Source: an uncultured archaeon
GTDB taxonomy: Archaea; Thermoproteota; Nitrososphaeria_A; Caldarchaeales; Wolframiiraptoraceae
Length of the DNA stretch: 64,000 bases
Direction: 5' to 3'
Assembly: GCA_938083505.1 (NCBI GenBank)
Contig: CALKCF010000006.1
Span: forward strand, 64,001 to 128,000
Both the position numbers and the translations under genes were made by a program. The notes beneath the pieces are model-generated. The model was not told where the DNA came from. It was given only the letters and a program-made list of their open reading frames with translations, and searched no databases. Shown here one piece after another: positions 50,550 to 61,140 of the stretch. Each line of letters begins with the position of its first letter. Within the stretch, counting starts at the first letter, position 1.

Positions 50550-50637
50550 ATTTTTGCTGGTGAATCAGTGAACTTCTTTCTGCAAAACATTTATCTCAAG
50601 TGTTTTTCAAACGTTAAGTAAAAACCGGAGGTGTAAT

Positions 50638-51516
50638 CTGACGTCTGCTAAAGAAGCACCTTTCTGGGACCACGTTAGAGAGTTAAGCATCAGGCTCAAG
50701 CGCATACTCATAGCGACGTTTGTCACAACGATATTCATGATGGTTTTCCCTGCTGACCCCGTTGCACTCGTCGCAAATCCCATTCAATTTTTGGAAATAT
50801 ACGAGCCCATCATAGCTAGAGTGCTCGCATCTATTAACGATTACATGCTTCCCAAAGGGGTAAAACTGATAGCTGGCGAACTTTCATCGCCTTTTGAGAT
50901 CTGGATCGTGGCTTCAATACTCTTTGGTCTCCTCCTCAGCATGCCCGTTGTTGGTTATGAGATATACGCTTTTGTTAACCCTGCATTTTATCCTCATGAA
51001 AGGAGACTTATCTATCCATTCCTGACGGCGTTTGTAGTACTCTTCTTCGTCGGTGTTGCTTTTGCGTTATTTCTTGTCTTACCAGCATTGATGAAGTTTT
51101 TAGTAATATTCGCCATGATGTTTAAGATAGAAGCGACCGTTACCGCTATCTCATTCTACACGATGGTATTTTTCACAGCATTAGCCACGGGCATCGTCTT
51201 TACTTTTCCCGTGGTGCTCATTCTCCTAATTAGATTTGGTATAGTCAGAACGGCTTCGTTTAAGAAATATAGGAGGTACGTCTACATATTAATGTACATA
51301 GTCGTAGCATTCATAACACCAGACGGTGGGGTAGCGGGCAACTTCATATTATTCATACCCCTTATTATGATGTACGAAATAGCACTCCTTATTGGTAGAA
51401 GGTATGAAAAGCAGAGGTTTAAAGAATTGTATGGTGAACTTAAGTGTAAGTTTTGTGGTGCGGATATTTCACCGGACGACGTGTTTTGTCCAAAGTGTGA
51501 TAGAGCTCTTAGGTAA
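50638..51516 (+). CDS. tatC: Twin-arginine translocase TatC with C-terminal zinc ribbon (probable CTG start)
   Basis: PFWDHVRELSIRL upstream of ORF-track start, FVNPAFYPHE, ITPDG, MYE; GGAGGTG SD before CTG. Confidence 0.9.
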   Translation: MTSAKEAPFWDHVRELSIRLKRILIATFVTTIFMMVFPADPVALVANPIQFLEIYEPIIARVLASINDYMLPKGVKLIAGELSSPFEIWIVASILFGLLLSMPVVGYEIYAFVNPAFYPHERRLIYPFLTAFVVLFFVGVAFALFLVLPALMKFLVIFAMMFKIEATVTAISFYTMVFFTALATGIVFTFPVVLILLIRFGIVRTASFKKYRRYVYILMYIVVAFITPDGGVAGNFILFIPLIMMYEIALLIGRRYEKQRFKELYGELKCKFCGADISPDDVFCPKCDRALR

Positions 51517-51735
51517 TACAACCGGAAGATCATTATTCGAAGGTAATTGCGCTACCATCTAGTCATGAAGTTTAATTTCAATCAATTACCCTTCCTAATC
51601 CTTAACTATCATAAAAGCATTACGGATTCGCTGCTACAAAAAGAAAGAAAAGCTATATTATACAACTAATCCCCCATCCGTGCAGGTGAGATGTACCGCC
51701 AAATTTAACAGAACCTTTAGAAGGGAAGGGTAGCA

Positions 51736-54700
51736 ATGAGGTGGAGCGTGACCTATTTGTCATTTTTCCAAGGTAGGTATGACCCCAAAAAAGTTGAAGA
51801 AGTCGTAGCGAATTGGTGGCGTGAGAGAGACGTTCAGAGAAAGGTTTTCGAGAGTAATAAGAACGCACCTATATTTTCCTTCTTAGAAGGGCCACCGACG
51901 GCGAATGGCCTCATGCATGTAGGGCATGTTAGGGGTAGGGTGTACAAGGACATAGTGCTCAGGTACCAGACGATGAAGGGTCTAAACGTCTGGAGGAGGG
52001 CTGGTTGGGATTGCTTGGGATTGCCCACAGAGCTAGAGGTTGAGAAAAAGCTGGGCATTACATCTAAGAAGGATATAGAAACGTTTGGCCTCGAACGGTT
52101 CGTTGAAGAGGCTAACAAGCTCGTAGACTTTTACATAGACCATTGGAAGAGGGCTTCTGAAAGGCTTGCGCTCTGGCTCGATTACGAAAATGCCTACGAG
52201 ACCAGAAAGGAGAACTATATTGAGCACGTTTGGACCTTACTCAAGAAGGCATATGAAGATGGAAACCTCGTTGAGAGCTTTAAGGTTGTTCATTATTGTC
52301 CTTCTTGCGAGACGCCACTTTCCTCACATGAGGTATCGCAGGGTTACGATGAAATGGAGGACCCATCCGTATATGTAAAGTTCCCCCTTAAACGAGGTGA
52401 AAATGAATATGTTGTAACATGGACGACCACACCCTGGACACTTCCGGGAAATGAGGCCGTCGCGGTAAATCCAAACGCAAAATACGTAAGATGCAAAGTT
52501 GGAGATGAGGTATGGATAGTTGGTGAAGAGGCACTGGAAAGGGCAATGAACGATATGGGTGTGGAAAGTTACGATGTAATTGAAAGGGTAAAAGGATCGG
52601 AACTTGTGGGTGAAGGCTACTGGCACCCACTTGCTGAGGAGGTCCCTGCACATAAAGAGCATAAAGATCCAGCTCATACGATAGTGGTTGCAGACTTTGT
52701 CATGATGACCGAGGGGACAGGATGCGTACACGTCGCGCCAGCACATGGGCCAGAAGATTTCGAGCTTGGTAAGTCGTTAGGTATACCGATATTCTGCCCA
52801 ATAAGGCCAAACGGTACATTCACAGAAGAGGGGGGTGCATATAATGGTATGCACTTTAAGCATGTCAGCGAACGGGTGTTACAGGACCTAAGGTCAAAAG
52901 GTCTCTTAGTAAAAGAGGGGAAGATCGTCCATATGTACCCCTTCTGCTGGAGATGCGGAAGCCCGCTCATATACCTAGCAAGCCGCCAGTGGTTTCTTAA
53001 GATAGATAAAATTAAGGAGAGAATGTTGGAGGAGAACAAAAAGGTGAGGTGGCAACCCCAATGGGCTGGGATGGGTAGATTTGGGGACTGGATAGCAGGT
53101 GCAGAAGATTGGTGTATATCGAGAACGAAAGTATGGGGTACACCATTACCAGTTTGGATCTGCACGAATTGCAAAGCGAAGAAAGTCGTGGGCAGTAAAG
53201 CCGAACTTGAAACTGCCATAGAGAAACCCGAAAATCTCAGGCTCTTAAGACCTTGGATAGACAAAGTGATTTTCAAGTGTGAAAATTGCGGTAGCAAGAT
53301 GAAGAGGGAGTCATTCGTCTTAGATACTTGGTTAGATTCTGGTGTAGCTCATTTCGCAGGTGTTGATTATTTAAGGAACAAAAATTTGTTCGAAAAGTTG
53401 TTCCCTTACGATTTCATAACTGAAGCCATAGATCAGACTAGGGGATGGTTTTATACACTTCTCTTCACGTCGGTGCTCTACTTCGGGAGAGCGCCATTCA
53501 GCTCCGTTCTTAACCAAGGACATGTACTCGATAGCGAAGGCAAGAAGATGTCAAAATCAAAGGGCAATGTAATATGGGCCATGGATGCTTTCGATAGGTT
53601 CGGCGTCGATCCCCTGAGATTATACCTTGTATCAAAGGCTAAACCATGGGATACAATCAACTTCGTGTCAGCAGAAGTTGATAAGGTTGCCGAGGAGTTA
53701 AACATACTTTGGAACGTCTTTGCTTTTGCAAAAACCTACTTTGACCTTGATAAATTTGACCCAGAAAGGCACCAAGTAAGGACGATGCTAAGGTACGCTG
53801 ACGTTGTTGATAAGTGGATATTATCAAAAATAAACTCCTTAGTGAAACTCGTGACGAAATCGCTTGAAGATTTAGAAATATACACAGCCGCCAAAGCTCT
53901 CAGAAGCTTCATTGTAGAAGACCTAAGTCACATTTACATCAGGAGCATAAGACGTAGGATATGGGTGGAGAAAGCTACCGTGGAGAAACTTACGGCATAC
54001 TCTGTGCTCTTCTATTTGATAATGAAGCTAGTGGCATTGTTAGCACCCTTTGTACCGTATCTGTCTGAATACTTGTTTGCCGCAGTAAAGCAAAAGGACG
54101 ATCCAGAGAGTGTCCACTTACTAAGTTGGCCGAAGGTTGACGAGGAGTTCATAAATCAAGAATTGGAAGACAACATGGATATCGTCCAGTCTGTATTGAG
54201 TAGCATACTTGCGGCGAGGCAGAAGGCGGGAAGAAAGCTCAGGTGGCCGGTTAACTCCATAACGTTGATTCCGAAAACTTTAAGAGTAAAACAGGCGCTG
54301 AATTGCTTTAAAGATTATCTGAAATCTCAAGCCAATACTAAAGAGCTCATCATACTGGACGTGGGTGAAAGGCCAAACTGGTTACGTAGGAGACCTAAAC
54401 CCATTCTCTCGTCTCTTGGCCCCAAGTTTGGCCCAAGACTCGGTGACGTCATCAGAATGATCAATTCCGTTCCGGCTGAAAGACTTGAGGAGGACATAGT
54501 AGACGATGGTATCGCAAAAGTGGTACTTCAGAATGGGACGGAGGTCGAGCTAACAAGCCATGAGGTAAGTTTCTACGATGAGGTACCAAAGAATTTGAGT
54601 TACGAGGACGGACGCTTTGCTGAGGTTTACGTCGACTTGACGGAGACGGAGACCATAAGATTGGTGTCGTTAGCCAATGAGCTGATAAGGAGAATACAGA

Positions 54701-54930
54701 TTATGCGTAAAGAAATAGGGCTTAATATTGAGGAGGTTATTGAGTGTGTATTGACGTCTGACTCTAGGGAGCTTATTGAAGCCGTTGAGAAGATGAGCGA
54801 TTACATCGAGGAAGAAACGAGGACGAGGTTGAAGATACATGAACAGCCGTTCGAGTCAAAAGAGCAGCTTTACAAAAAGGAGTGGAAAGTAGGCCATATG
54901 CATGTGATGATAGCTTTAAGCAAAAAGTAA
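51736..54930 (+). CDS. ileS: Isoleucyl-tRNA synthetase (true start may be GTG 51748 or TTG 51757)
   Basis: EGPPTANG.MHVGH, GWDCLGLP, WTTTPWTLP, DQTRGWF, KMSKS. Confidence 0.96.
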   Translation: MRWSVTYLSFFQGRYDPKKVEEVVANWWRERDVQRKVFESNKNAPIFSFLEGPPTANGLMHVGHVRGRVYKDIVLRYQTMKGLNVWRRAGWDCLGLPTELEVEKKLGITSKKDIETFGLERFVEEANKLVDFYIDHWKRASERLALWLDYENAYETRKENYIEHVWTLLKKAYEDGNLVESFKVVHYCPSCETPLSSHEVSQGYDEMEDPSVYVKFPLKRGENEYVVTWTTTPWTLPGNEAVAVNPNAKYVRCKVGDEVWIVGEEALERAMNDMGVESYDVIERVKGSELVGEGYWHPLAEEVPAHKEHKDPAHTIVVADFVMMTEGTGCVHVAPAHGPEDFELGKSLGIPIFCPIRPNGTFTEEGGAYNGMHFKHVSERVLQDLRSKGLLVKEGKIVHMYPFCWRCGSPLIYLASRQWFLKIDKIKERMLEENKKVRWQPQWAGMGRFGDWIAGAEDWCISRTKVWGTPLPVWICTNCKAKKVVGSKAELETAIEKPENLRLLRPWIDKVIFKCENCGSKMKRESFVLDTWLDSGVAHFAGVDYLRNKNLFEKLFPYDFITEAIDQTRGWFYTLLFTSVLYFGRAPFSSVLNQGHVLDSEGKKMSKSKGNVIWAMDAFDRFGVDPLRLYLVSKAKPWDTINFVSAEVDKVAEELNILWNVFAFAKTYFDLDKFDPERHQVRTMLRYADVVDKWILSKINSLVKLVTKSLEDLEIYTAAKALRSFIVEDLSHIYIRSIRRRIWVEKATVEKLTAYSVLFYLIMKLVALLAPFVPYLSEYLFAAVKQKDDPESVHLLSWPKVDEEFINQELEDNMDIVQSVLSSILAARQKAGRKLRWPVNSITLIPKTLRVKQALNCFKDYLKSQANTKELIILDVGERPNWLRRRPKPILSSLGPKFGPRLGDVIRMINSVPAERLEEDIVDDGIAKVVLQNGTEVELTSHEVSFYDEVPKNLSYEDGRFAEVYVDLTETETIRLVSLANELIRRIQIMRKEIGLNIEEVIECVLTSDSRELIEAVEKMSDYIEEETRTRLKIHEQPFESKEQLYKKEWKVGHMHVMIALSKK

Positions 54931-54944
54931 AAGTAGTGGAAAAC

Positions 54945-55838
54945 ATGTCCTTACATGAATTTGCTAAAAGATTTGGTGAGCTTACGGATGAAGATTTTTT
55001 CATCCTCTCAATCATGGAAAGGAATTTAACAAAATTCCGTGAAGTCCCGTATCAAGTAATCTTACAGTCGATCAACTTTAGTGAGGCAAAGTTGGAGCGA
55101 AGCTTGAAAAAGCTTCATGAACTAAGACTCATCTGGAGTCCGAGAGGCAAGAAGATAGCATACGTGTTAAACTACCTTGGTTTGGATGCTCTCGCCCTAA
55201 GAACGCTTTCACTAAAGGGAATAGTATCCGGACTGGGCATGTCCATAGGTGTGGGAAAAGAGGCTGACGTTTACGACGCGATAACCCGCGAAGGTAAGAG
55301 AGTTGCGGTGAAGTTCTTCAGGATCGGAAGGCCGAGCTTTAAAAAGTACGAAAGGGTCAGAGAATCCTTGGTTAGGGTTCATAACTACCTAGAAGCGTCG
55401 ATCAGGGCAGCTTACATGGAATTTAAAGCCCTGTTGATGCTTAAAGGAAAGGTACCGGTTCCTTCACCACTCTATAGGACGAGGCACGTCGTAGTAACCG
55501 AGCTGTTTGAAGGGGTCGAGCTCGCTTTGCTTTCTAAACTCGAGAACGCCGAAGAGGTCTTGTTAAAGATAATCGACGCCATAAAGTCCGCTTACGAAGC
55601 TGGCGTAGTCCATAGGGACCTTAGCGCCTATAACGTCTTGGTTAAAGCCGACGGGGGCATAATATTGATAGACTGGCCTCAATGGGTTGAAAAGAACCAT
55701 CCACAAGCACCCCTTTACTTGGAAAGGGATGTTAAGAACATACTGAGTTTTTTTGCCAGAAAATGGAATATTTGGAACATACCTCCGGAATATGAAAAGA
55801 TTATTGACGAGCTCCTTGGAAAAAGTATTAATATATAA
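54945..55838 (+). CDS. rio2: RIO2-type serine kinase with N-terminal wHTH
   Basis: GVGKEADVY, VKFFRIGRPSF, HRDLSAYNV, IDWPQ. Confidence 0.92.
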   Translation: MSLHEFAKRFGELTDEDFFILSIMERNLTKFREVPYQVILQSINFSEAKLERSLKKLHELRLIWSPRGKKIAYVLNYLGLDALALRTLSLKGIVSGLGMSIGVGKEADVYDAITREGKRVAVKFFRIGRPSFKKYERVRESLVRVHNYLEASIRAAYMEFKALLMLKGKVPVPSPLYRTRHVVVTELFEGVELALLSKLENAEEVLLKIIDAIKSAYEAGVVHRDLSAYNVLVKADGGIILIDWPQWVEKNHPQAPLYLERDVKNILSFFARKWNIWNIPPEYEKIIDELLGKSINI

Positions 55839-55871
55839 ATAACAAAACAACAGTGGTAGGGTCAAGGCGAT

Positions 55872-56555
55872 ATGGGTTTTTACCGATCACCTATAATATT
55901 ATGTATTGTTGGCATAGCGATTGCACTCATACCAACGGTCTTTTATATCGCGTACTCTCAAGAAGTTAGTTTTTTAAAAACGTTAGAAATTGAGATTATG
56001 AGCGGCGTACCAGCATACTTAGGGCTTTCGTTCGCAGGCCTCATAGTAACGCTCTTAGGATTGATAACTTTTGTAAGATCCATTAGGCGTGTAGAAGGAC
56101 CCAGTATATTATACAGTGGAAGACTTTCGACGTCTAGGATTGCAATACCGACTCAAGTAAGAAGACCTACAGTCCAGCAACCACCAGTAAAGCTTATCGA
56201 AGAGGTTGTTGAATCTATAAATAAAGAGTTAGAAGATGCCATGAAGAGAATAACCATGAAGCAACCTACACCCCACTCGACACCACAGCAAGAAGCTCCA
56301 CAGAAGATTTCCATAAAAGTGATTACGGCTGGTATGGATGAAGTATGCCCATCTTGCGGAGCTATAAACCCTTTGGGTCAGAAGGTATGCACTGAGTGCG
56401 GAGCAGACATTTATATTGAAGACCCCAACTTTCCGAGCTGTCCGGTATGCGGCGCTCCTTTAAAGGACCCACAAAAGGTAGACGATAAAATATGTGTTTG
56501 TAAGGTGTGCTTCAGTGAGTTAGAGATTCCAAAGAAGCTTTCGAAAAAGCTTTAA
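55872..56555 (+). CDS. Membrane protein with two TMs, Pro/Gln-rich linker and double zinc ribbon
   Basis: CPSC..CTEC and CPVC..CKVC pairs. Confidence 0.75.
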   Translation: MGFYRSPIILCIVGIAIALIPTVFYIAYSQEVSFLKTLEIEIMSGVPAYLGLSFAGLIVTLLGLITFVRSIRRVEGPSILYSGRLSTSRIAIPTQVRRPTVQQPPVKLIEEVVESINKELEDAMKRITMKQPTPHSTPQQEAPQKISIKVITAGMDEVCPSCGAINPLGQKVCTECGADIYIEDPNFPSCPVCGAPLKDPQKVDDKICVCKVCFSELEIPKKLSKKL

Positions 56556-56595
56556 GTATGATAAAAATATGTAAAACTAAGAATGCGTGATCTAT

Positions 56596-56838
56596 ATGCC
56601 AACGATTGAAAGACCTTTGACACTTATTGCTAAATACCTCAATAAACCAATTAAAGTTGTCTTAAAGAATGACTTAGTTTATGGCGGGATGATGGTAGAG
56701 TGCGACAGTTATATGAACCTTGTGATAGAGAAGGCTGCTGAGTATCAAGGGAACGGAAAGAAGGTACAGTACTCAAAGGTCCTGATACGCGGAAACAATA
56801 TAATCTACATCCAGTTAACTCCCGTTTTAGAGGATTAA
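56596..56838 (+). CDS. Sm-like (Lsm/SmAP) protein
   Basis: CDSYMNLV (Sm1), LIRGNNIIYI (Sm2). Confidence 0.93.
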   Translation: MPTIERPLTLIAKYLNKPIKVVLKNDLVYGGMMVECDSYMNLVIEKAAEYQGNGKKVQYSKVLIRGNNIIYIQLTPVLED

Positions 56839-56893
56839 TAGTGAGCATTAGATTTATACTATAGACGTTACGTCTAACGTCAGCGGAGTTGAC

Positions 56894-58123
56894 ATGAACA
56901 GCAACATAATCATAGAATCGTTAAAGCACAAACCCGTTAGTGAACATGTCTGCGAATTCGTCGAGCGAAAAGGTTTAGGTCACCCAGATTACATAATAGA
57001 CTCTGCATGTGAAGCTGCAAGCGTAGCACTCTCGAAGTACTATCTGCAAAATTTTGGGAAAATCCTGCATCATAACGTCGACAAGGGCCTGCTAGTCGGA
57101 GGAAGAGCGACTCCGAGGTTTGGTGGCGGTACTGTTGATGTACCGATTTACATACTGGTAGCAGGTCGTGCAACTGTAGAGGTGAATAGCCTAACTGGTA
57201 AGACAAGGATTCCGGTAGAGGAGATAATGAGAGAGGCAGTCAAAGAGTTCATTAGGAAAAACTTCAGGTTTCTTGATGCTGATAAGCATGTAGTGATAGA
57301 CTTTAAGGTAAGACAAGGCTCGGCTGATCTAAAAGCGATCGTAGAGGCATCCGATGAGGTGCCGTTGGCAAACGATACATCATTCGGTGTAGGTTATGCT
57401 CCCATGACTCAACTGGAAAAGCTTGTCTATGAGTGTGAAAGAATGATAAATTCAAAGGATTTCAAAAAGGAAATCCCCGCTAGCGGAGAAGATTGCAAAG
57501 TTATGGGCTTACGAATAGACAAGAAGATACACCTAACAGTTGCGGACGGTATAGTTAGTAGTCTTACATATAATGTAGATGAATATAAGGCGACGAAGGA
57601 AGCAATAAAGGACAAAGTTTTGGACCTAACCTCAAAGTATGCTAGCGATTTTGATGTTAAAGTTTACGTGAATACAGCTGATATATTCGGTAAGCACCCA
57701 GATGAGAATGTCATATACCTAACGGTCACTGGAACTTCTGCAGAAGCTGGCGACGATGGTAACACAGGTAGAGGCAACAGGGTTAACGGTCTCATAACAC
57801 CGAACAGACAAATGTCATTAGAGGCGATCGCTGGGAAGAACCCCGTATCGCATGTCGGGAAGATATACAACGTTGCTGCCAAGCTGATGGCAGAGAAAAT
57901 ATACGAGGAGACGAAGGGTGTCGAAGAGGTTTACGTAAAGATTCTCAGCCAGATAGGTAAGCCAATAGACAAGCCGCAGGTCGTCTCGGTTGAGTACATA
58001 CCCTCAAATGGGTGCAGCGAAAATAGCCTAAACTATGAAATTACGGAAATAGTGAATGAAGAGCTGAGGAACATCAGGGACATAACAAGGATAGTCTTAG
58101 AAGGCAAGATCACGTTATTCTAA
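56894..58123 (+). CDS. mat: Archaeal S-adenosylmethionine synthetase
   Basis: VERKGLGHPD, HHNVDK, ANDTSFGVG, GRGNRVNGLI, GKNPVSHVGKIY. Confidence 0.96.
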   Translation: MNSNIIIESLKHKPVSEHVCEFVERKGLGHPDYIIDSACEAASVALSKYYLQNFGKILHHNVDKGLLVGGRATPRFGGGTVDVPIYILVAGRATVEVNSLTGKTRIPVEEIMREAVKEFIRKNFRFLDADKHVVIDFKVRQGSADLKAIVEASDEVPLANDTSFGVGYAPMTQLEKLVYECERMINSKDFKKEIPASGEDCKVMGLRIDKKIHLTVADGIVSSLTYNVDEYKATKEAIKDKVLDLTSKYASDFDVKVYVNTADIFGKHPDENVIYLTVTGTSAEAGDDGNTGRGNRVNGLITPNRQMSLEAIAGKNPVSHVGKIYNVAAKLMAEKIYEETKGVEEVYVKILSQIGKPIDKPQVVSVEYIPSNGCSENSLNYEITEIVNEELRNIRDITRIVLEGKITLF

Positions 58124-58181
58124 AAAGACTATCATTTAATACTTGCTTGTAACTTATACTTATTATTTTTCGACAAAACCA

Positions 58182-59507
58182 TCACGTTGGTAGATTCAGT
58201 AACCTCAATATCGTTATGTAAACCTCGTTCTTTACTGGGAACCATATAAAAAACCAAACGAGCTGGGCAGACATTATAGCTGTTAGCAAAATTGTAGTCC
58301 AATCACCCCATTCCTTAAGTCGGCTCACACCCATCGCAAGTGCCGGCACTGTTGCATAAAAGTAAAATGGAAATACCCAACGTTCTAAGATATGCGCTAT
58401 CGGGAAGTATGGTAAGTAAGTAAACATCGCCCAGCCTAAGATTAGAACTTCACTAAAGGTGGCTTGGCCCCTCTTGATGTTGATTACCAGCTTATAGATG
58501 TAGATAGGGACGAGAAACCATATTGACCACCATAGCGGACTATAAATTCCCCAGTAAGCAACAGGATGGTAAACGGCAGAATCTGACCTAACAGTCTCTA
58601 CATAATAAGGTGCAGGCCTGAAAGGGTTTATGGGATTTATCCACGATAGAGGCATATCAACGTTGGACGGGTCTGTATACTTGAGTATAGTGTGATAGTT
58701 TAGCATGAATTTGATATGCTCAAAGGGTGTTTGAAAGGCGCCGTACACGTAGTCATAGAGCCACAGTCCTAAGAGGAAGGTGGCAGCTGCTGGTAGGAAT
58801 ACCTTACCAAGATTTCTAAGTATGAACGAAAGCCTGTCCAACTTACGCGTCTCTACTCTAAGACTTTGCGCGATAACGATTATTAATATCGGACCAACCA
58901 CGCTCAGGAAGCTGAGCTTACAAAGCAATGATAGACCCATGAACACACTTGCCATAACGTATACCTTTTTGAGGGCGAGGTAAATCGCAATAAGTGAGAA
59001 ACTCATAGCAGGTGCGTCAAGCATAGCTATCGAGCTTAAGTTAAACGACATGACATCGGTAGCGAATAGTAGGGATGCGATGCAACCTGCCGACCTTCTG
59101 TTAAAAAGTTCTTGGGCTATTAGGCCAACGAGCATTACGGATATTGCACCAGAAACCGCTATGAAGACCCTCCATCCGGCAGCGTTGCCTATGCCGTCAC
59201 CGAGGAGCAGCATACCTGCCATGATGATGAATTTGGAGAGGGGAGGGTGCTCATTGTTTGCCGCCTCATGTTTCATGAGCTTTCTTACTGCTGGAATGTA
59301 GTGAGCCTCATCGAAGATGAAGGCACAACTTTCGCCCCTTATCTCCATACACGCTTCAGGTGGTGCAGAAGGGTTTGGAATGTTTACTATAAGCAATTTG
59401 ATAACTAGAATCGTGGCTGTTAATATTATAATGAAGCGCTTTTGAAAAAATTCGTACATCCTATTAAGATGTATCATCATTAAAGGAGGGGGTTTAAAGT
59501 GTATCAT
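58182..59507 (-). CDS. GT39 / PMT-family lipid-phosphate-mannose protein mannosyltransferase-like
   Basis: FIFDEAHY, EHPPLSK, GWR, AMLD, PLSW; multi-TM. Confidence 0.8.
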   Translation of the reverse strand: MIHFKPPPLMMIHLNRMYEFFQKRFIIILTATILVIKLLIVNIPNPSAPPEACMEIRGESCAFIFDEAHYIPAVRKLMKHEAANNEHPPLSKFIIMAGMLLLGDGIGNAAGWRVFIAVSGAISVMLVGLIAQELFNRRSAGCIASLLFATDVMSFNLSSIAMLDAPAMSFSLIAIYLALKKVYVMASVFMGLSLLCKLSFLSVVGPILIIVIAQSLRVETRKLDRLSFILRNLGKVFLPAAATFLLGLWLYDYVYGAFQTPFEHIKFMLNYHTILKYTDPSNVDMPLSWINPINPFRPAPYYVETVRSDSAVYHPVAYWGIYSPLWWSIWFLVPIYIYKLVINIKRGQATFSEVLILGWAMFTYLPYFPIAHILERWVFPFYFYATVPALAMGVSRLKEWGDWTTILLTAIMSAQLVWFFIWFPVKNEVYITILRLLNLPT

Positions 59508-59518
59508 TTATCCAACCT

Positions 59519-61114
59519 TCAGCGGAGTATTTTCGTGACATACGGGCCTTCCTTTGCATACCCATGTTTGTAGTAGTATTCCCTGACACCCACACCACTT
59601 ATAACGGCAACCTTTCTACATCTTTCTTCGTTTGCGATATTTTCCGCCTCAGACAGTAATCTCAAACCGAGGCCCCTATGCTGCCAACTCATGTCCGACG
59701 GTTTAACACCCACCGGCGTCATTTGACCATACACGTGCAACTCTCTCACTAAGGCCGCATTCTTCAGCTCAGGTCTCAAAACTTCTGATGGTATCCTCAA
59801 TCTGGTGAACCCAAGAAGTACGTCGTTCTTCACATCTTCGTACGAAATAAAGTACTCTAAGCCGTTCGACGCTTCATATTTTATGGTCTTTAGTTCTATG
59901 TAGTTTGCATCTGGGTAGATTCCTTCCTTTAGGGCCCTATGGCCGATTTCACGACACCTTATACACCTGCAAGGTCTGTTCATGTTCTTTAATCTTCTTT
60001 CGATTACTTCCCTTAAGTTGTATAGTTTGTTCCCTGCAACCACCAACCGCAACGGTATTTCTCTCTGAACCCTAATTATCCTAACGTAATGAGGCACCAT
60101 ATTGAACCATTCATAGAGAACGTCAACAAGCTTCTCGTCGTCATAAGGCTTATACTTACCCTCCCGCCACATCTCGTAAAGCTCAGTACCCGGAAGAACT
60201 AGCGTAGGGTATATCTTCAACATGTCTGGCCTAAAGTTGGGATTGTTAAATATCTCCTTAAACATCTCCAAATCCTTCTCGTAACTGGATCCTGGTAGAT
60301 TAGGCATGAGATGGTAGCAAACTTTGAATGCTAAATCCTTCAGTATCCTTGTAGATGTAATAACGTCAGCGACTGTGTGACCCCTCTTGCAAATCTCGTA
60401 GATTTCATCGTCGAGTGCTTGAACACCCAACTCCACCCTAGTCACGCCCATCTCGAGAAGGGCATTTGCCTGTCCTAGCGAAACATGATCCGGTCTTGTC
60501 TCCACGGTGATTCCGGATATCCTCCTACTGCTGGATTCTGCCTTAGCTAAAGCCTCCTCGAATGATGCGGCCTCCAGCTCGGCTATCGCTTCCACACAAC
60601 GTTTCAGAAAGTGACGCTGGAAATCCTCAGGAAAAGCCGTGAAGGTACCACCTATTACTATGAGCTCGACCTTATCAACCTCGTGACCCATAGAGCGCAA
60701 AATCTCGATTTTTTTCCTCACTTGGAGATACGGGTCATAGGAGCTTATGCTAGCTAATTTGACTGCTGCTTCCTCGCCAGTATAGCTCTGGGGCGTACCG
60801 TGCTCAACGCCACCCGGACAGTAAACGCACCTACCATGCGGACACTTACTTGGAGGTGTAACAACTGTAATCACGGATACACCAGAGAGTGTTCTGACAG
60901 GTTTTACCCTTAATATGCGGGCGAGCTCTTTTCTCTCATCTTCATCCTCGACTGTACTCAAAATCTCTAAGTTTGACGGGACGTAACTGAGGTTCAGCTC
61001 TTTAGCAATAGATATCTTAAGCCTTGAAACGTTACCGTCAGCACTTCTATGATACTTCTCTATAAAGGCTTTCACGAAGTCTTTCATCAAAGCTTCTTTC
61101 GTCATCATTTCCAT
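59519..61114 (-). CDS. elp3: Elp3 tRNA U34 carboxymethyltransferase (radical SAM + KAT)
   Basis: KPVRTLSGV, CPHGRCVYCPGG, ETRPD, KIYPTLV, RELHVYG, QHRGLG. Confidence 0.96.
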   Translation of the reverse strand: MEMMTKEALMKDFVKAFIEKYHRSADGNVSRLKISIAKELNLSYVPSNLEILSTVEDEDERKELARILRVKPVRTLSGVSVITVVTPPSKCPHGRCVYCPGGVEHGTPQSYTGEEAAVKLASISSYDPYLQVRKKIEILRSMGHEVDKVELIVIGGTFTAFPEDFQRHFLKRCVEAIAELEAASFEEALAKAESSSRRISGITVETRPDHVSLGQANALLEMGVTRVELGVQALDDEIYEICKRGHTVADVITSTRILKDLAFKVCYHLMPNLPGSSYEKDLEMFKEIFNNPNFRPDMLKIYPTLVLPGTELYEMWREGKYKPYDDEKLVDVLYEWFNMVPHYVRIIRVQREIPLRLVVAGNKLYNLREVIERRLKNMNRPCRCIRCREIGHRALKEGIYPDANYIELKTIKYEASNGLEYFISYEDVKNDVLLGFTRLRIPSEVLRPELKNAALVRELHVYGQMTPVGVKPSDMSWQHRGLGLRLLSEAENIANEERCRKVAVISGVGVREYYYKHGYAKEGPYVTKILR

Positions 61115-61140
61115 AATCTTACAGACAAAAGGTCTTGCTT

